A stretch of DNA of 32,000 bases from an uncultured Actinomycetota bacterium (GCA_963735655.1 CAVTLW010000026.1:130871-162870); one strand, 5' to 3'; shown: positions 1 to 9,909, counted from the first letter of the stretch. Notes: generated by a model from the sequence alone, not told the origin. Numbers and translations are program-made.

Positions 1-843
1 TAGGATCGCGCAGGTGAGGCCGTCGTCGAGACTGGCGACCAGCGACGAGATCAAACCGCCGAGGGAGATGCCGTTGACGCCGATGGTGGCGTCGGGCTGC
101 TGCGCGCGGATCCACGACAACAGGCGCCGGATATCCCACACCGCCTGAGCGGTGCCGTGGACGCCGTTGAGCACGTCCTCGCTGGGGTACGCGACGCCTT
201 GCGGCAGCCCGCGCGCTCGGGGGCCGTGCATGGGTAGCACGGGAAGCACGACGTTGAGGCCGAGGTCCCGGTACAGATGCCAGGCGTGAAACAGCATAGG
301 GTCGAGCGCGGCCCGTCCCATCTCGGCGCCGTGGATACAGATCAGCCAGGGTCGCGGCCGGCGGTGTCGGAACACCAGGGCGTATTCGCGGTTGTTGGCG
401 GTGTAGGTCAACCAGCGATCCCGGCCCGCTTCGCCTTGATGCGGCTCGTACTCGCTGTCGAAGAACAGCCGCTCGTAGGTGCGGCCCATGCTGCTGACGC
501 GCTTGACCGTGACATCGGTCAGGGGCGGGGGTGGGGCGAAGAACCCCTCGGGGTTGTCGAGCCAGCCCCTGTCGCCGTAAAAGTCTTGCGCCGCAAGCAC
601 TTCGCGATCGATGCGTTCGAGGGTGGTCGTGTTGGGGGCCGAACGCAGCAAGCTGAACCCCGCCAGCAGGATTTCGTCGCGGAACGCCTGTGCGGCAAGC
701 GCGATAGTGGGCCGGGCCACCGGTAGCTCGTCGGGCTGGCGATCCAGGTAGGTGCCCCAGGAGCGGGCGTAGAAGCCGCCGGTCCGGGTGAACGGCCCCA
801 GCACCTGAGACATGGGGTTGGCGCGGTGCTCGGTATCTGGCAT
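1..843 (-). CDS. alpha/beta-hydrolase fold protein (esterase/lipase-like); 3' end lies outside the window
   Basis: My own minus-strand translation from ATG 843-841 (alternative in-frame ATG 813-811) reads MPDTEHRANPMSQVLGPF...ICIHGAEMG...VNGISLGGLI. The GxSxG nucleophile elbow is at nt 49-78. The frame stays open to position 1. The start codon abuts the stop of the upstream P450 (TAGATG junction). Confidence 0.7.
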   Translation of the reverse strand, partial: MPDTEHRANPMSQVLGPFTRTGGFYARSWGTYLDRQPDELPVARPTIALAAQAFRDEILLAGFSLLRSAPNTTTLERIDREVLAAQDFYGDRGWLDNPEGFFAPPPPLTDVTVKRVSSMGRTYERLFFDSEYEPHQGEAGRDRWLTYTANNREYALVFRHRRPRPWLICIHGAEMGRAALDPMLFHAWHLYRDLGLNVVLPVLPMHGPRARGLPQGVAYPSEDVLNGVHGTAQAVWDIRRLLSWIRAQQPDATIGVNGISLGGLISSLVASLDDGLTCAIL

Positions 844-2097
844 CTAGCCGCGTTTCATCCCGGGGGTGAAGGTGACCGGCAGCGTGCCCAGCCCGGTCAT
901 GCTCGGGTTGCCGCGATATCGATGGACGCCGTCGAGGTCGACCTGGTAGTCGGGGATGCGGTCGAGCACCGCCCTGACCATCACCTCGGACATCAGCCGC
1001 GCCAGGTGTGATCCGATGCAGCGGTGTGGCCCCAGTCCGAAGGCGAGGTGGCGGTTGGGTGAGCGATCCAGCACGACTTCGTCGGCGTGCTCGAACTCCC
1101 GCTCGTCGTGGTTGGCGGCCAGCCAGCTGATGATGACGCGGTCGTTGCGTCGTAGGTGTTGGCCTCCGACGGTGACGTCGCGGGTGACCGTGCGGCTCAG
1201 CTGCTGGTTGACCGAGAAGTAGCGCAGGAATTCGTCGATGGCGGTGCGGTACAGCTCGGGGTGGTCGATGAGTTGTTGGCGCAGCTCCGGGTGGGTGCCC
1301 AGGTGCAACAGGGTCAGCGCGGTCTGCGAGGTGGTGGTGTCGACGCCGCCGCCGATGAGGTTCCAGACGATGTTGAGCAGCTGTTCGTCGGTGAGGCGCC
1401 GACCGTCGAATTCGAACTGGATGAGGAAGCTGGTCAGGTCGTCGCGGGCCTCGGCGCGTCTTTTCGCCGCGAAGTCGAGGACGTCCTGCATCATGGCGGG
1501 GACTTGGGAGATGGCGTTGATGTAGTCGGGGCTGTCTTGGGGGACGGCCATGACGGAGTGGAAGAGGTTGGCGTAGAGCTGCCAGTTGTCGTAGGGCAGG
1601 CCCATCATCTTCATGGTGAGGATGGCCGGGACCGGGCTGGCGTAGTCGAGCACGAGGTCCATCTGCCCGTCGCCGATTTTTTGGTCGAGGAACTGGTGGG
1701 CTTGTTCCTCCATGAACGGCTTCATCTTGTCGACGGCGCCCGGTGAGAAGAACGGGGCCAGGGCGTGCCTTAGGGCCAGGTGGTAGGGGCCGTCGACCTC
1801 GCCGATGCCCAGGGCCGGTTGGCCTTCGGGACGTGGGACGCCCATCTCGCCCTGGTAGTCGACGCCGTTGGGGGCGTTGGGTTCGTATTTGTGGGAGAAG
1901 GTGTCGTCGTCGCGGGCGGTTTGGCTTACCGCGTCGTAGCTGCTGAGGAACCAGAAGCCGTCGTAGTTTTCGTTCCACGCGACCGGGCATTTTTGGCGCA
2001 GCTCGGCGTTGATCGTGCGTTGGTTTTGGTTGAAGTCGTCGGAGTGGTGGTCGAAATCGACTATTGCGTCGTCGGTGACGTCGGGACGGGTTGTCAT
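844..2097 (-). CDS. cytochrome P450 monooxygenase
   Basis: ORF 844..2118. The heme-binding loop FGLGPHRCIGSHLA and the I-helix GGVDTTT are present. I prefer ATG 2097 (MTTRPDV) because GGAGGA lies 8 nt upstream. Confidence 0.9.
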   Translation of the reverse strand: MTTRPDVTDDAIVDFDHHSDDFNQNQRTINAELRQKCPVAWNENYDGFWFLSSYDAVSQTARDDDTFSHKYEPNAPNGVDYQGEMGVPRPEGQPALGIGEVDGPYHLALRHALAPFFSPGAVDKMKPFMEEQAHQFLDQKIGDGQMDLVLDYASPVPAILTMKMMGLPYDNWQLYANLFHSVMAVPQDSPDYINAISQVPAMMQDVLDFAAKRRAEARDDLTSFLIQFEFDGRRLTDEQLLNIVWNLIGGGVDTTTSQTALTLLHLGTHPELRQQLIDHPELYRTAIDEFLRYFSVNQQLSRTVTRDVTVGGQHLRRNDRVIISWLAANHDEREFEHADEVVLDRSPNRHLAFGLGPHRCIGSHLARLMSEVMVRAVLDRIPDYQVDLDGVHRYRGNPSMTGLGTLPVTFTPGMKRG

Positions 2098-2185
2098 CTG
2101 AAACGTCCTCCACCGCAATGAGAGCTTTGCTTTCTACACTATCTTTGCATTATTACGCTCTTGGGTTCTGTCGAGAAAGGCCGGG

Positions 2186-2635
2186 ATGAGTAGTCACCGG
2201 ACGACCTTCAACCACGTCGGATTGTGTGTCTCCGATCGCGAGCGGTCGCGGCGGTTCTACGAGTCTCTGCTTGGGTTTCAGTTCTGGTGGGAGCTTGATC
2301 CGCCCGACGGCCCCACCGCCAAGCTGGTGCAGCTTCCTGCGCCGCTCGGGGTGCATGCGACCTACTTGGTGCGCGACGGGTTTGTGCTCGAACTCATGGA
2401 CTACTCGAAGCGTCAAGTTCATACCGGGTCGGAACGCGTCATGGATCAGGTTGGGCTGACACACATCTCGTTTTCGGTGTCCGATCTCGAGGGCGTGTTG
2501 GAGAAGGTCGAGGAGTTCGGGGGAGCGGTGGTCGAGGGGACGGTGACCGAGGCGATGGCGATGATCCGCGATCCGGATGGGCAGTTGCTTGAATTGCTTT
2601 CGGATGGCTGGCTTGCGGCCTTGCCGCCTCGGTGA
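2186..2635 (+). CDS. VOC/glyoxalase-bleomycin resistance-dioxygenase superfamily protein
   Basis: 149 aa. FNHVGLCVSDRERSRRFYESLLGF is a typical VOC beta-alpha-beta-beta-beta N-terminal module, and a second half-module (THISFSVSDLEGVLEKV) follows. GAAAGG lies upstream of the ATG. Confidence 0.85.
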   Translation: MSSHRTTFNHVGLCVSDRERSRRFYESLLGFQFWWELDPPDGPTAKLVQLPAPLGVHATYLVRDGFVLELMDYSKRQVHTGSERVMDQVGLTHISFSVSDLEGVLEKVEEFGGAVVEGTVTEAMAMIRDPDGQLLELLSDGWLAALPPR

Positions 2636-2789
2636 CTCATGATCGGACCAACCGAACGATCTTCAGGCGGCCGCAGACTGTGGCCACGGTTCTTCACGGG
2701 ACATCATTGCATCCGCATTGCAACGCTGTCTGTCCGGCCGTAGAGACACGAAACACGCCGCAGGCCATGTGATTTACATCAGCGCGGCG

Positions 2790-2964
2790 GTCGGTGCGTC
2801 TGAGCGGCGCTTCGGGGCGGCGATGGACCGGCGGGCGACCGGGCACGGGGGATTGACTCCGGCCGACGCCGACGCCATCGTGGCCACAGCCATGCGGGCA
2901 CTGGCCAGCTGATCAGTTAGAGCGGGGCTAAGCCCTGAGCGCCGCTCCGCTCAGACGCGCCGAC
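2790..2964. repeat. imperfect inverted repeat pair (18 nt arms, 1 mismatch) in the intergenic region
   Basis: GTCGGTGCGTCTGAGCGG (2790-2807) pairs with CCGCTCAGACGCGCCGAC (2947-2964), whose reverse complement is GTCGGCGCGTCTGAGCGG. The arms are about 140 bp apart. Confidence 0.6.
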
Positions 2965-3039
2965 CGCAGCGGCTTTTGAACGTGTGGCACGACGAAGAGG
3001 GCCTGCTCGTCGCCCGATGAACACGGTCATTGCCCAGCA

Positions 3040-6000
3040 TTGTCGCCGCGATCCGCTAACGTCCAGCTGGTGCACAGGGGGATATACGAGTCGCTGCTGA
3101 CGGATCAGCTCAATCATCAGCTCGAGCAACAGGACCACCTGCGGGCCGAGTACGGCACTGTTGACGAGGCCGAGCAGGCGCTGGCGATCGCGCGCCATCT
3201 CGCGCCGATCATCGAACGTGCAATGCTTGGCGCCGGCACCGCCGAGGACCGCGTAGAACTCGTTCGGCGGATTCTCGAGGTCCTGCCCGACGCTCACGCT
3301 GTCGGCGAGGCGCTGCACCGGGTCGAGCCGGGCAAGATCACCCGGCTCGACGAAGTGGCGAGCTCGAGCGCCCTTGGTAGTGGTCGTCTGCCACGGCCTG
3401 CCACCCCGTTCTCCGACGCCGCGCTCATGACTAACGCGCGCAATGAGCCGACACTGGCCGCCGAATTGCGCGCCGAGCTCGCGAGCGCCGACCACGTCGA
3501 CCTGCTGTGCGCGTTCGTCAAGTGGCAGGGCCTCCGACTGCTCGAGGACCAGCTCAATGAACTGTGTCGGCGGGGCATCCCGCTGCGTGTCATCACAACG
3601 ACGTACCTCGGCGCCACGGATGCTCGTGCTCTTGATGCTCTAGTCAACGAGTTCGGGGCTGAAGTCCGCATCAACTACGAAACCGACCGCACCCGCCTAC
3701 ACGCCAAAGCTTGGCTGCTGCGGCGCAACAGCGGGTTCCACACCGCCTATGTTGGGTCCAGCAATCTATCTCATGCCGCGCTCGTGGATGGACTGGAATG
3801 GAATGTCCGACTGTCAGCAGTGTCGACACCCCACCTCCTGGAGAAGTTTCGGGCTACCTTCGACTCCTATTGGGAGAACAGGGAATTCGAGTTATACAGG
3901 CCATCACAGGACGGCGACCGCTTACGAGCGGCGCTCGAGACCGCATCGGGAAGTCGAGCGCGTGATGGGATCACCGTCACCCTGTCCGGCCTCGAGGTTC
4001 ACCCCAAGCCGTTCCAAGCCGAGATACTCGAAGAACTTGACGCAGAGCGCACGATTCACGACCGTCATCGCAACCTGATCGTCGCGGCGACCGGCACAGG
4101 GAAGACCGTCATCGCAGCCTTGGACTACCGCCGACTCGCCCGCGACAGCCACGGTCGCGACCTCACACTGCTTTTCGTGGCCCACCGCAAGGAGATTCTG
4201 CTGCAAGCGCGGCGGATGTATCAAGAAGTCCTCACTGAGCCCACCTTCGGTGAGCAGCTCGTCGATGGACAGGAACCGGCCAATTGGCGCCATGTGTTCG
4301 CCAGCATCCAATCCCTCTCGCAGGCCAGGCTTTCCGGCATCGCACCGGATCACTTCGACGTTGTGGTGATCGACGAGTTCCACCACGCCGAAGCCGCGTC
4401 TTACCGGCGGTTGCTTGACCACGTGCGTCCAATCGAACTGGTCGGACTTACCGCTACCCCCGAGCGCGCCGACGGTGTCGACGTCCGCGAGTTCTTCGGT
4501 GGCCGGGTCGCCGCCGAACTCCGATTATGGGAAGCACTGGAGCAGAACCTGCTGTGCCCGTTCCACTACTTTGGCATCCACGACGGAACAGATCTTGAAT
4601 CCGTCCAGTGGAGGCGTGGCGGCTACGACCTAGCTTTTCTAAGCAGCGTTTACACGGGCAACGATGCCCGCACCCGCATTGTGCTCAAGGAGCTCAATGA
4701 CAAGGTCGCCGACATTGCGGCCATGCGTGCCTTGGGATTCTGTGTCAGCGTCGAGCACGCGCGGTACATGGCGCAGCGCTTCGTCGAAGCCGGTATCCCT
4801 GCCCGCGCCGTGTCCGCTGAGACTTCCGCGGCCGATCGTCGCGACGCGCTCACCGCGCTGCGCAACCGCGAGATCAACATCCTCTTCGCGGTCGACCTCT
4901 TTAACGAAGGCCTCGACATTCCCGAGGTCGACACCGTGCTATTCCTGCGCCCCACGGAGAGCGCGACCGTATTCCTGCAGCAGTTAGGGCGCGGCCTGCG
5001 GCTTACTAGGGGTAAGACCGTACTGACCGCGCTGGACTTTGTTGGGCACCAACGCCGTGAGTTCCGGTTCGATCAACGTTTTCGAGCGATGAGCGGCATT
5101 GGCGGGAAGGCGCTGCAGCGTCAGGTCGAAGAGGGCTTTCCGTTCCTGCCCTCGGGCAGTCAGATCGTGCTCGACCCAGTCGCGCGGGATCTCGTATTAG
5201 AGAACATCCGACAGCAGGTCGCTCCGAGATGGGCGGTGCTGGTATCCGAAGTGCGTGCACATCCGGACAATCGGCTGGCGTCCTACCTCGATGCGTCCGG
5301 ACGTGGCCTGGAAGACGTCCTAAAGAACAATCGATCGTGGACGTCGCTGTGTCGCGACGCCGGCAAACTCGGTTCGGAACCCGGTCAGCGCGAGGCCGAT
5401 CTCGTCAAACGTGTTCGCGCGGTCGCCCACGTCGACGACCGTCGTCGGTGGACTGTCTACCGCTCGATCCTCGACGGCACCGTTGACATGGACAGCCCCA
5501 TCGAGCGGCGCCTTGCCGAGATGCTGTTCTACTCGTTGAACCCAAATGGCGGCGGATTCAACAGTCCTGCAGCAGGACTCGATGCGCTCCAAGGCGAAGC
5601 GGTCGTCGACGAGCTGCGCGAAGTGATCGACATCGCATTCGACAGTGCCCGCCGCAGCACCTACGAGTTGGGAAGCCTCGTCCCCGAGCTCGCCCAGGTG
5701 CCGCTCGAAGTTCATGCAAGTTATTCCCGAGAGGAAATCCTTGCGGCCCTGGGGTTTGCGTCACTGCGTCGCACGCCTAGCACAATGCGAGAAGGGGTGG
5801 CGTGGTGTGAATCAGTCAACGCCGATGCCTTCTTGATCACGTTGAAGAAGTCCGACCGCGACTACTCGCCGACAACGATGTACCGCGACTTCGCGTTGAG
5901 CCCGAGCCTTTTTCACTGGGAATCCCAATCGACCACGTCTTCGACCGCACCGACCGGGCAGCGATACATCCATCATCGGGAACAGGGTTGCCACATACTG

Positions 6001-6171
6001 CTTTTCGTGCGGCAAGCAAAAACCAACGCACTTGGAACAGCGCCATATGTATTCCTGGGTCCGGCTGACTACGTCTCACACGAAGGGGACCGGCCGATGG
6101 CGATCACCTGGCGGCTGCGTCAGCCGATGCCGACCGAGGTGTACCAGGCGTCAACGGTAGCGGTGGCATAG
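3040..6171 (+). CDS. SauUSI-like type IV (modification-dependent) restriction enzyme: N-terminal PLD nuclease, SF2 helicase/ATPase, C-terminal DUF3427
   Basis: 1043 aa. The HKD motif reads RLHAKAWLL...AYVGSSNLS. Helicase motifs are I AATGTGKT, II DEFHH, III GLTATPER and VI QQLGRGLR. The C-terminus (FHWESQS...ILLFVR...YVFLGPADYVSHEGDRPMAITWRL) matches my memory of DUF3427. The start could be TTG 3040 or GTG 3070. Confidence 0.85.
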   Translation: MSPRSANVQLVHRGIYESLLTDQLNHQLEQQDHLRAEYGTVDEAEQALAIARHLAPIIERAMLGAGTAEDRVELVRRILEVLPDAHAVGEALHRVEPGKITRLDEVASSSALGSGRLPRPATPFSDAALMTNARNEPTLAAELRAELASADHVDLLCAFVKWQGLRLLEDQLNELCRRGIPLRVITTTYLGATDARALDALVNEFGAEVRINYETDRTRLHAKAWLLRRNSGFHTAYVGSSNLSHAALVDGLEWNVRLSAVSTPHLLEKFRATFDSYWENREFELYRPSQDGDRLRAALETASGSRARDGITVTLSGLEVHPKPFQAEILEELDAERTIHDRHRNLIVAATGTGKTVIAALDYRRLARDSHGRDLTLLFVAHRKEILLQARRMYQEVLTEPTFGEQLVDGQEPANWRHVFASIQSLSQARLSGIAPDHFDVVVIDEFHHAEAASYRRLLDHVRPIELVGLTATPERADGVDVREFFGGRVAAELRLWEALEQNLLCPFHYFGIHDGTDLESVQWRRGGYDLAFLSSVYTGNDARTRIVLKELNDKVADIAAMRALGFCVSVEHARYMAQRFVEAGIPARAVSAETSAADRRDALTALRNREINILFAVDLFNEGLDIPEVDTVLFLRPTESATVFLQQLGRGLRLTRGKTVLTALDFVGHQRREFRFDQRFRAMSGIGGKALQRQVEEGFPFLPSGSQIVLDPVARDLVLENIRQQVAPRWAVLVSEVRAHPDNRLASYLDASGRGLEDVLKNNRSWTSLCRDAGKLGSEPGQREADLVKRVRAVAHVDDRRRWTVYRSILDGTVDMDSPIERRLAEMLFYSLNPNGGGFNSPAAGLDALQGEAVVDELREVIDIAFDSARRSTYELGSLVPELAQVPLEVHASYSREEILAALGFASLRRTPSTMREGVAWCESVNADAFLITLKKSDRDYSPTTMYRDFALSPSLFHWESQSTTSSTAPTGQRYIHHREQGCHILLFVRQAKTNALGTAPYVFLGPADYVSHEGDRPMAITWRLRQPMPTEVYQASTVAVA

Positions 6172-6177
6172 GTCTGT

Positions 6178-6221
6178 TGAGACCCGGCTTGGCTCAAATT
6201 CGTGCACACCGTCGGGTCTCA
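6178..6221 (+). terminator. possible stem-loop terminator after the restriction gene
   Basis: TGAGACCCG (6178-6186) and CGGGTCTCA (6213-6221) form a 9-bp stem with a 26-nt loop, starting 7 nt after the stop codon. There is no U-tract. Confidence 0.3.
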
Positions 6222-6462
6222 CCAGCGACACCGGGTGTCTCTGGCAGTTATTGCGGCGGGGCCGCGAGATGGTTCGCAGTGATGTACGACCGGAGCCGCG
6301 CAGCAACCGAAGGTGGCAAGTCGCCGTACTTGACTCCGCCAACCGCGACAGTTCTCTTCCATTGGTGATTGAATCGCGTTGGGCTGTGCAGCCTTCGTTT
6401 GGCCTGCAAGACGAGGACTTCTGACTCTGATCGCAGGCTTCTAGGCGGCGGATAGTGACGGG

Positions 6463-7944
6463 ATGGAGCATTTGTCGCCGCTTGATGCAACTTTCCTCGA
6501 AGTCGAAGACACCGATCCGCATGTGAGCCTGGCGATCGGCGGCGTGTCGATCATGGAGGGGCCGCCGCCGAGCTACGACGAGTTCGTCTCTTCCTTCAGC
6601 GACCGGGCGTCGTCGATTCCGCGCTGCGGGCAGGTCGTGCGGACTCATCCGCTCGATCTCGGTTCACCCGAATGGGTGGATGACCCGCACTTCGACATCT
6701 CGCGGCACCTGCACCGCCTCGCGCTGCCACATCCTGGCGGCGACGCCGAACTGTTCGAAATGATCGCGACGGTGATGGAGCGCCGGCTCGACCGCGAGCG
6801 CCCGCTATGGGACTGCTTCCTCATCGAGGGGCTGAGCGATGACCGGTGGGCGGTGCTGACCAAGCTCCATCACTGCATTGCCGATGGCATCGCGGCCACG
6901 CAGATGTTGGCGAAGTTCAGCGACGACGACGGCGGCGGTACCTTCGCCACGGACATTGGCGCCGCCAAGGAGCCGGACCGGCAGGGGCTGGGCCTGCCGG
7001 GGTTTAGCCTCAACCCGTTGAACTGGGTGAGTGGGATCGCGCGGAGCGCCTTTAGTGCGGCTGTCGCCGTCGAACACGTCGCGGTGGGTGCGGCCGAACT
7101 GACGGCCAGTGTGCTGAGCCCGGCGCCGGAAACGTCGTTGAACGGACCCGTCACGACGATGCGGCGCTACACAGCGGCGCGGGTGCGACTAGCTGACCTG
7201 CGCGAGGTTGCTTCGGCATTTGACGTGACGCTCAACGACGTGGCGTTGGCGGCGATTACCAATAGTTACCGCGAGGTTTTGCTTGCTCGCGGGGAACAGC
7301 CCGGACATAACTCGCTTCGCACGCTTGTTCCAGTTTCGGTTCGCGGGATGAACCACTTCAACATGACCGACAATCAGGTCTCGGCGCTGCTGCCGCTGTT
7401 GCCCGTCGATGAGGCGGACCCGGAGAAGCAGCTGGAGCTCGTGCACCGCCGGCTCGTCGAGGCCAAAGCCAGCGGACAACGCGAAGGCGGCAGTGCGCTG
7501 CTCTCGGCCGCCAAGAACGTCCCATTTGCGTTCTCGGCGTGGGCCGTTCGCGTGCTCACCCGTCTGCCGCAGCGGGCTGTTGTCGCCTTGGCGACCAACG
7601 TTCCCGGTCCGCGCGCCCAACAGAAACTAATGGGGCGTCGCGTGCTGGAGATCCTGCCGTTCCCCCCGATCGCTCTGCAGGTGCGCACCGGTGTCGCAAT
7701 GGTGAGTTATGCCGATAGTTTTGTTTTCGGCATTACCGGCGACTACGAGACCGCACCCGACATCGAGTCGCTCGCTTCAGGGATCGAGGACGCGGTGGCG
7801 CGGCTGGTCGCGGTAAGCCGCACGCGGCGAGGCAAGCGGGACTCCGGGCGCCGCGGCGGTGAACGGACCACCGGGGGATCGGCTGCTGGGTCCGAAGCTA
7901 GCCACACGACGTCGGCGCCTCAGCGGCGGCCGCTGGCGCGGTGA
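6463..7944 (+). CDS. wax ester synthase/diacylglycerol acyltransferase (WS/DGAT) family protein
   Basis: 493 aa. The N-terminus LSPLDATFLEVED and the catalytic HHCIADG (HHxxxDG) motif are present, along with NDVALAA and a conserved C-terminal half. Confidence 0.9.
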   Translation: MEHLSPLDATFLEVEDTDPHVSLAIGGVSIMEGPPPSYDEFVSSFSDRASSIPRCGQVVRTHPLDLGSPEWVDDPHFDISRHLHRLALPHPGGDAELFEMIATVMERRLDRERPLWDCFLIEGLSDDRWAVLTKLHHCIADGIAATQMLAKFSDDDGGGTFATDIGAAKEPDRQGLGLPGFSLNPLNWVSGIARSAFSAAVAVEHVAVGAAELTASVLSPAPETSLNGPVTTMRRYTAARVRLADLREVASAFDVTLNDVALAAITNSYREVLLARGEQPGHNSLRTLVPVSVRGMNHFNMTDNQVSALLPLLPVDEADPEKQLELVHRRLVEAKASGQREGGSALLSAAKNVPFAFSAWAVRVLTRLPQRAVVALATNVPGPRAQQKLMGRRVLEILPFPPIALQVRTGVAMVSYADSFVFGITGDYETAPDIESLASGIEDAVARLVAVSRTRRGKRDSGRRGGERTTGGSAAGSEASHTTSAPQRRPLAR

Positions 7945-7983
7945 CACCGGGCCTGTTCGGCTGTGCTTTGACGCGACTTAGGG

Positions 7984-9909
7984 CTACCACCACCTCTCCG
8001 GGCCGAGTCGGAGGCACTTCTGCAGGTCGGCGTCGGCGGCGCGCACTGTGGCTTCTTTGACGCGGTAGGCGGCAGCGATGTCAGCGAAGCGGCCGGTTGT
8101 CAGGTTCGCTCGTTGGCACACCATTCGTTCGATTCCGGCCGCGACCGCCGCGGGGCCGTGCGAATTAAGGAAGACGTCCTCGTCGGGCAGCCGCCACAGC
8201 GCGGCGAGGCAGCGCAGCACGCCGGGCAGGCCAAACGTGGGAATCACGCGCCGCCACAGCAGTTCGCCGACAGGGCCGAGCGGGATCCGGGGCTGCGGCG
8301 GCGCGTGCACGGCCTTCAGACCGGGTCCATGGGCCCATCGGCGCAGGTGCGCCGGCTCGAACGGCCGGTCATAGGGCAGGATTTCGTCGATCTGTCCGGT
8401 GCCCCCCGGCGCCTGCCACCGAAGCAGGAACGGGAAGCGACGACCAGCCGCTGTATCGACGCAGCCGCTGGACGCATGGCGTAAGCCCGTCGACGCCGTT
8501 GTCGTGCGGGCGGCGAACGCGACCGGTTCGTCGGTCGGCGAGATCCCCACCGCCCACGCGGCGCCCGACGGACCGTACAGCCGGATCGCCGCCGCCGCGG
8601 GCGAATCCGGCGCACAGATACGCGCCAGCCGCCGGTCGTTGCGGACCACCGCGTCCCACACCTTTCCGATCAGCTTGTCGCCGAGTTTCGGAAGCTTGGC
8701 CGGCAGTGGACTGGGATGGGCGCTGGGATCGGTGCGCACCGGCGACGGGTGCTGCCTCGGTGTCGGCGGTTGCGTGACAACCTGTTTCGCCTTCGCGGCT
8801 GGCTCGAACTTCGGGTCAGCCGGCGGTCTGGTGGGCTCGGGCACGAGCCGGGCGATCCGTGGGGGAACGCAGCTGGCGCACCCGAGCCGCGTCTTCGTCG
8901 CGACCAGTCGCTCATCGGCACCGCAGTGTGGGCAGGCGATGTCGGTGAAACGGGTTAGCGGGATGAGCCAATCGAGCGTCAGTGGGTAACGTCGGTCGCC
9001 GCGGCGGACGTCGACCGGCAACCGCCATACCGGCACCTCGTAGATGTGCAGCCGATAGGGCCGGACCTCGTGGCTCGCCTGGTACTTCTCCCGAGTCTCG
9101 CCGATCCGCCGGGCGCGCTCGTTCCGTACGCTGTCGGCGCGTGCGTCCAGCAGCTCCCGGCGATCGGCAGGTGCTTGCGCGCGCCGACGCTCGATCGTCG
9201 CGAGCGCATCGCGGTAGTAGACCTCGACGCGTTCAAGCTCCGCGTCGCGCGCCTTGTCGATGTCATCACCGAGTTCGGATCGCCGCCGCTCGGCGCACTT
9301 CTGGATAACCCGGTCCGCGAAGCCAATCGCCCCCGTCAGGCCCGTCAGGCCGGCGAGCGACGGCGAACCATCTTTCGGCACTGTCGGCAAGGCGGCGAGC
9401 TTCATACTGACGTGGGTTGGGAGCTGGCGTTGCGACTGCACATCCACCCAGCACTCGGCGCATTCCTGGTAGTGGTCGTCGCTGGACAGCGTGTAGTCGA
9501 CCAGCGCCCCGACACGCAGAATCGCGCGAACCGACCGGGTCGGTGCGCCCGTGGCGTCGATCCGTCCGTGATCGACGGTGAACTGGTCGCGCGCCATCGC
9601 CTGCAGGTGCTCAGCGGGGGGTGGTGGCGCCGCGGCCACCGGAACGGCCATCGCGGCGACGTCACCCACCGCCAGCACCTCGTCCGCGGTGCGACCCAGT
9701 GCGGGATGCCCGGCCGAGAGGAAGGTCGCACCGTCCTCGCGAGCGACATCGGGATCGGCGGTGACCTGCAGCACCTCCGGCAGCTCCAGCATCGTCTGCA
9801 GGGCCGGTGGGAGCATCACCAGCGTCGTATCGCCGCCGAATTCGGTGAGCCCGCCGCTCGCCTCGACATACCGCAGCCAGAAGTCCAGCGCCACATCGGT
9901 GCTCGTCAC
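7984..9909 (-). CDS. 641-aa protein of unknown function, translationally coupled to the SNF2 ATPase
   Basis: GTG 9909-9907 overlaps the SNF2 stop codon (GTGA). An Arg/Glu-rich helical segment spans aa ~205-280. A zinc ribbon CPHC-x14-CASC spans aa 326-347 (nt 8869-8934). A Pro-rich linker spans aa ~350-405. The C-terminal domain is Trp/Arg-rich. I recognise no catalytic motif. Confidence 0.75.
   Translation of the reverse strand: MTSTDVALDFWLRYVEASGGLTEFGGDTTLVMLPPALQTMLELPEVLQVTADPDVAREDGATFLSAGHPALGRTADEVLAVGDVAAMAVPVAAAPPPPAEHLQAMARDQFTVDHGRIDATGAPTRSVRAILRVGALVDYTLSSDDHYQECAECWVDVQSQRQLPTHVSMKLAALPTVPKDGSPSLAGLTGLTGAIGFADRVIQKCAERRRSELGDDIDKARDAELERVEVYYRDALATIERRRAQAPADRRELLDARADSVRNERARRIGETREKYQASHEVRPYRLHIYEVPVWRLPVDVRRGDRRYPLTLDWLIPLTRFTDIACPHCGADERLVATKTRLGCASCVPPRIARLVPEPTRPPADPKFEPAAKAKQVVTQPPTPRQHPSPVRTDPSAHPSPLPAKLPKLGDKLIGKVWDAVVRNDRRLARICAPDSPAAAAIRLYGPSGAAWAVGISPTDEPVAFAARTTTASTGLRHASSGCVDTAAGRRFPFLLRWQAPGGTGQIDEILPYDRPFEPAHLRRWAHGPGLKAVHAPPQPRIPLGPVGELLWRRVIPTFGLPGVLRCLAALWRLPDEDVFLNSHGPAAVAAGIERMVCQRANLTTGRFADIAAAYRVKEATVRAADADLQKCLRLGPERWW

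Noticed and set aside
956-2121. Several plus-strand ORFs (956..1222, 1156..1746, 1238..1525, 1743..1946, 1780..2121) lie inside the first P450 gene.
   Set aside because: They are antisense to a P450 with clear motifs. Their products are low-complexity and rich in Arg, Gly, Val and Ala, which is typical of spurious open frames in high-GC DNA.
2718-2912. A 64-aa ORF in the gap upstream of the restriction gene.
   Set aside because: It has no recognisable motif or ribosome-binding site, and it overlaps the inverted-repeat region. I treat it as non-coding.
6151-6648. A 165-aa minus-strand ORF spans the gap between the restriction gene and the WS/DGAT gene.
   Set aside because: It overlaps the starts and ends of both well-supported genes, and its composition is Arg-rich noise.
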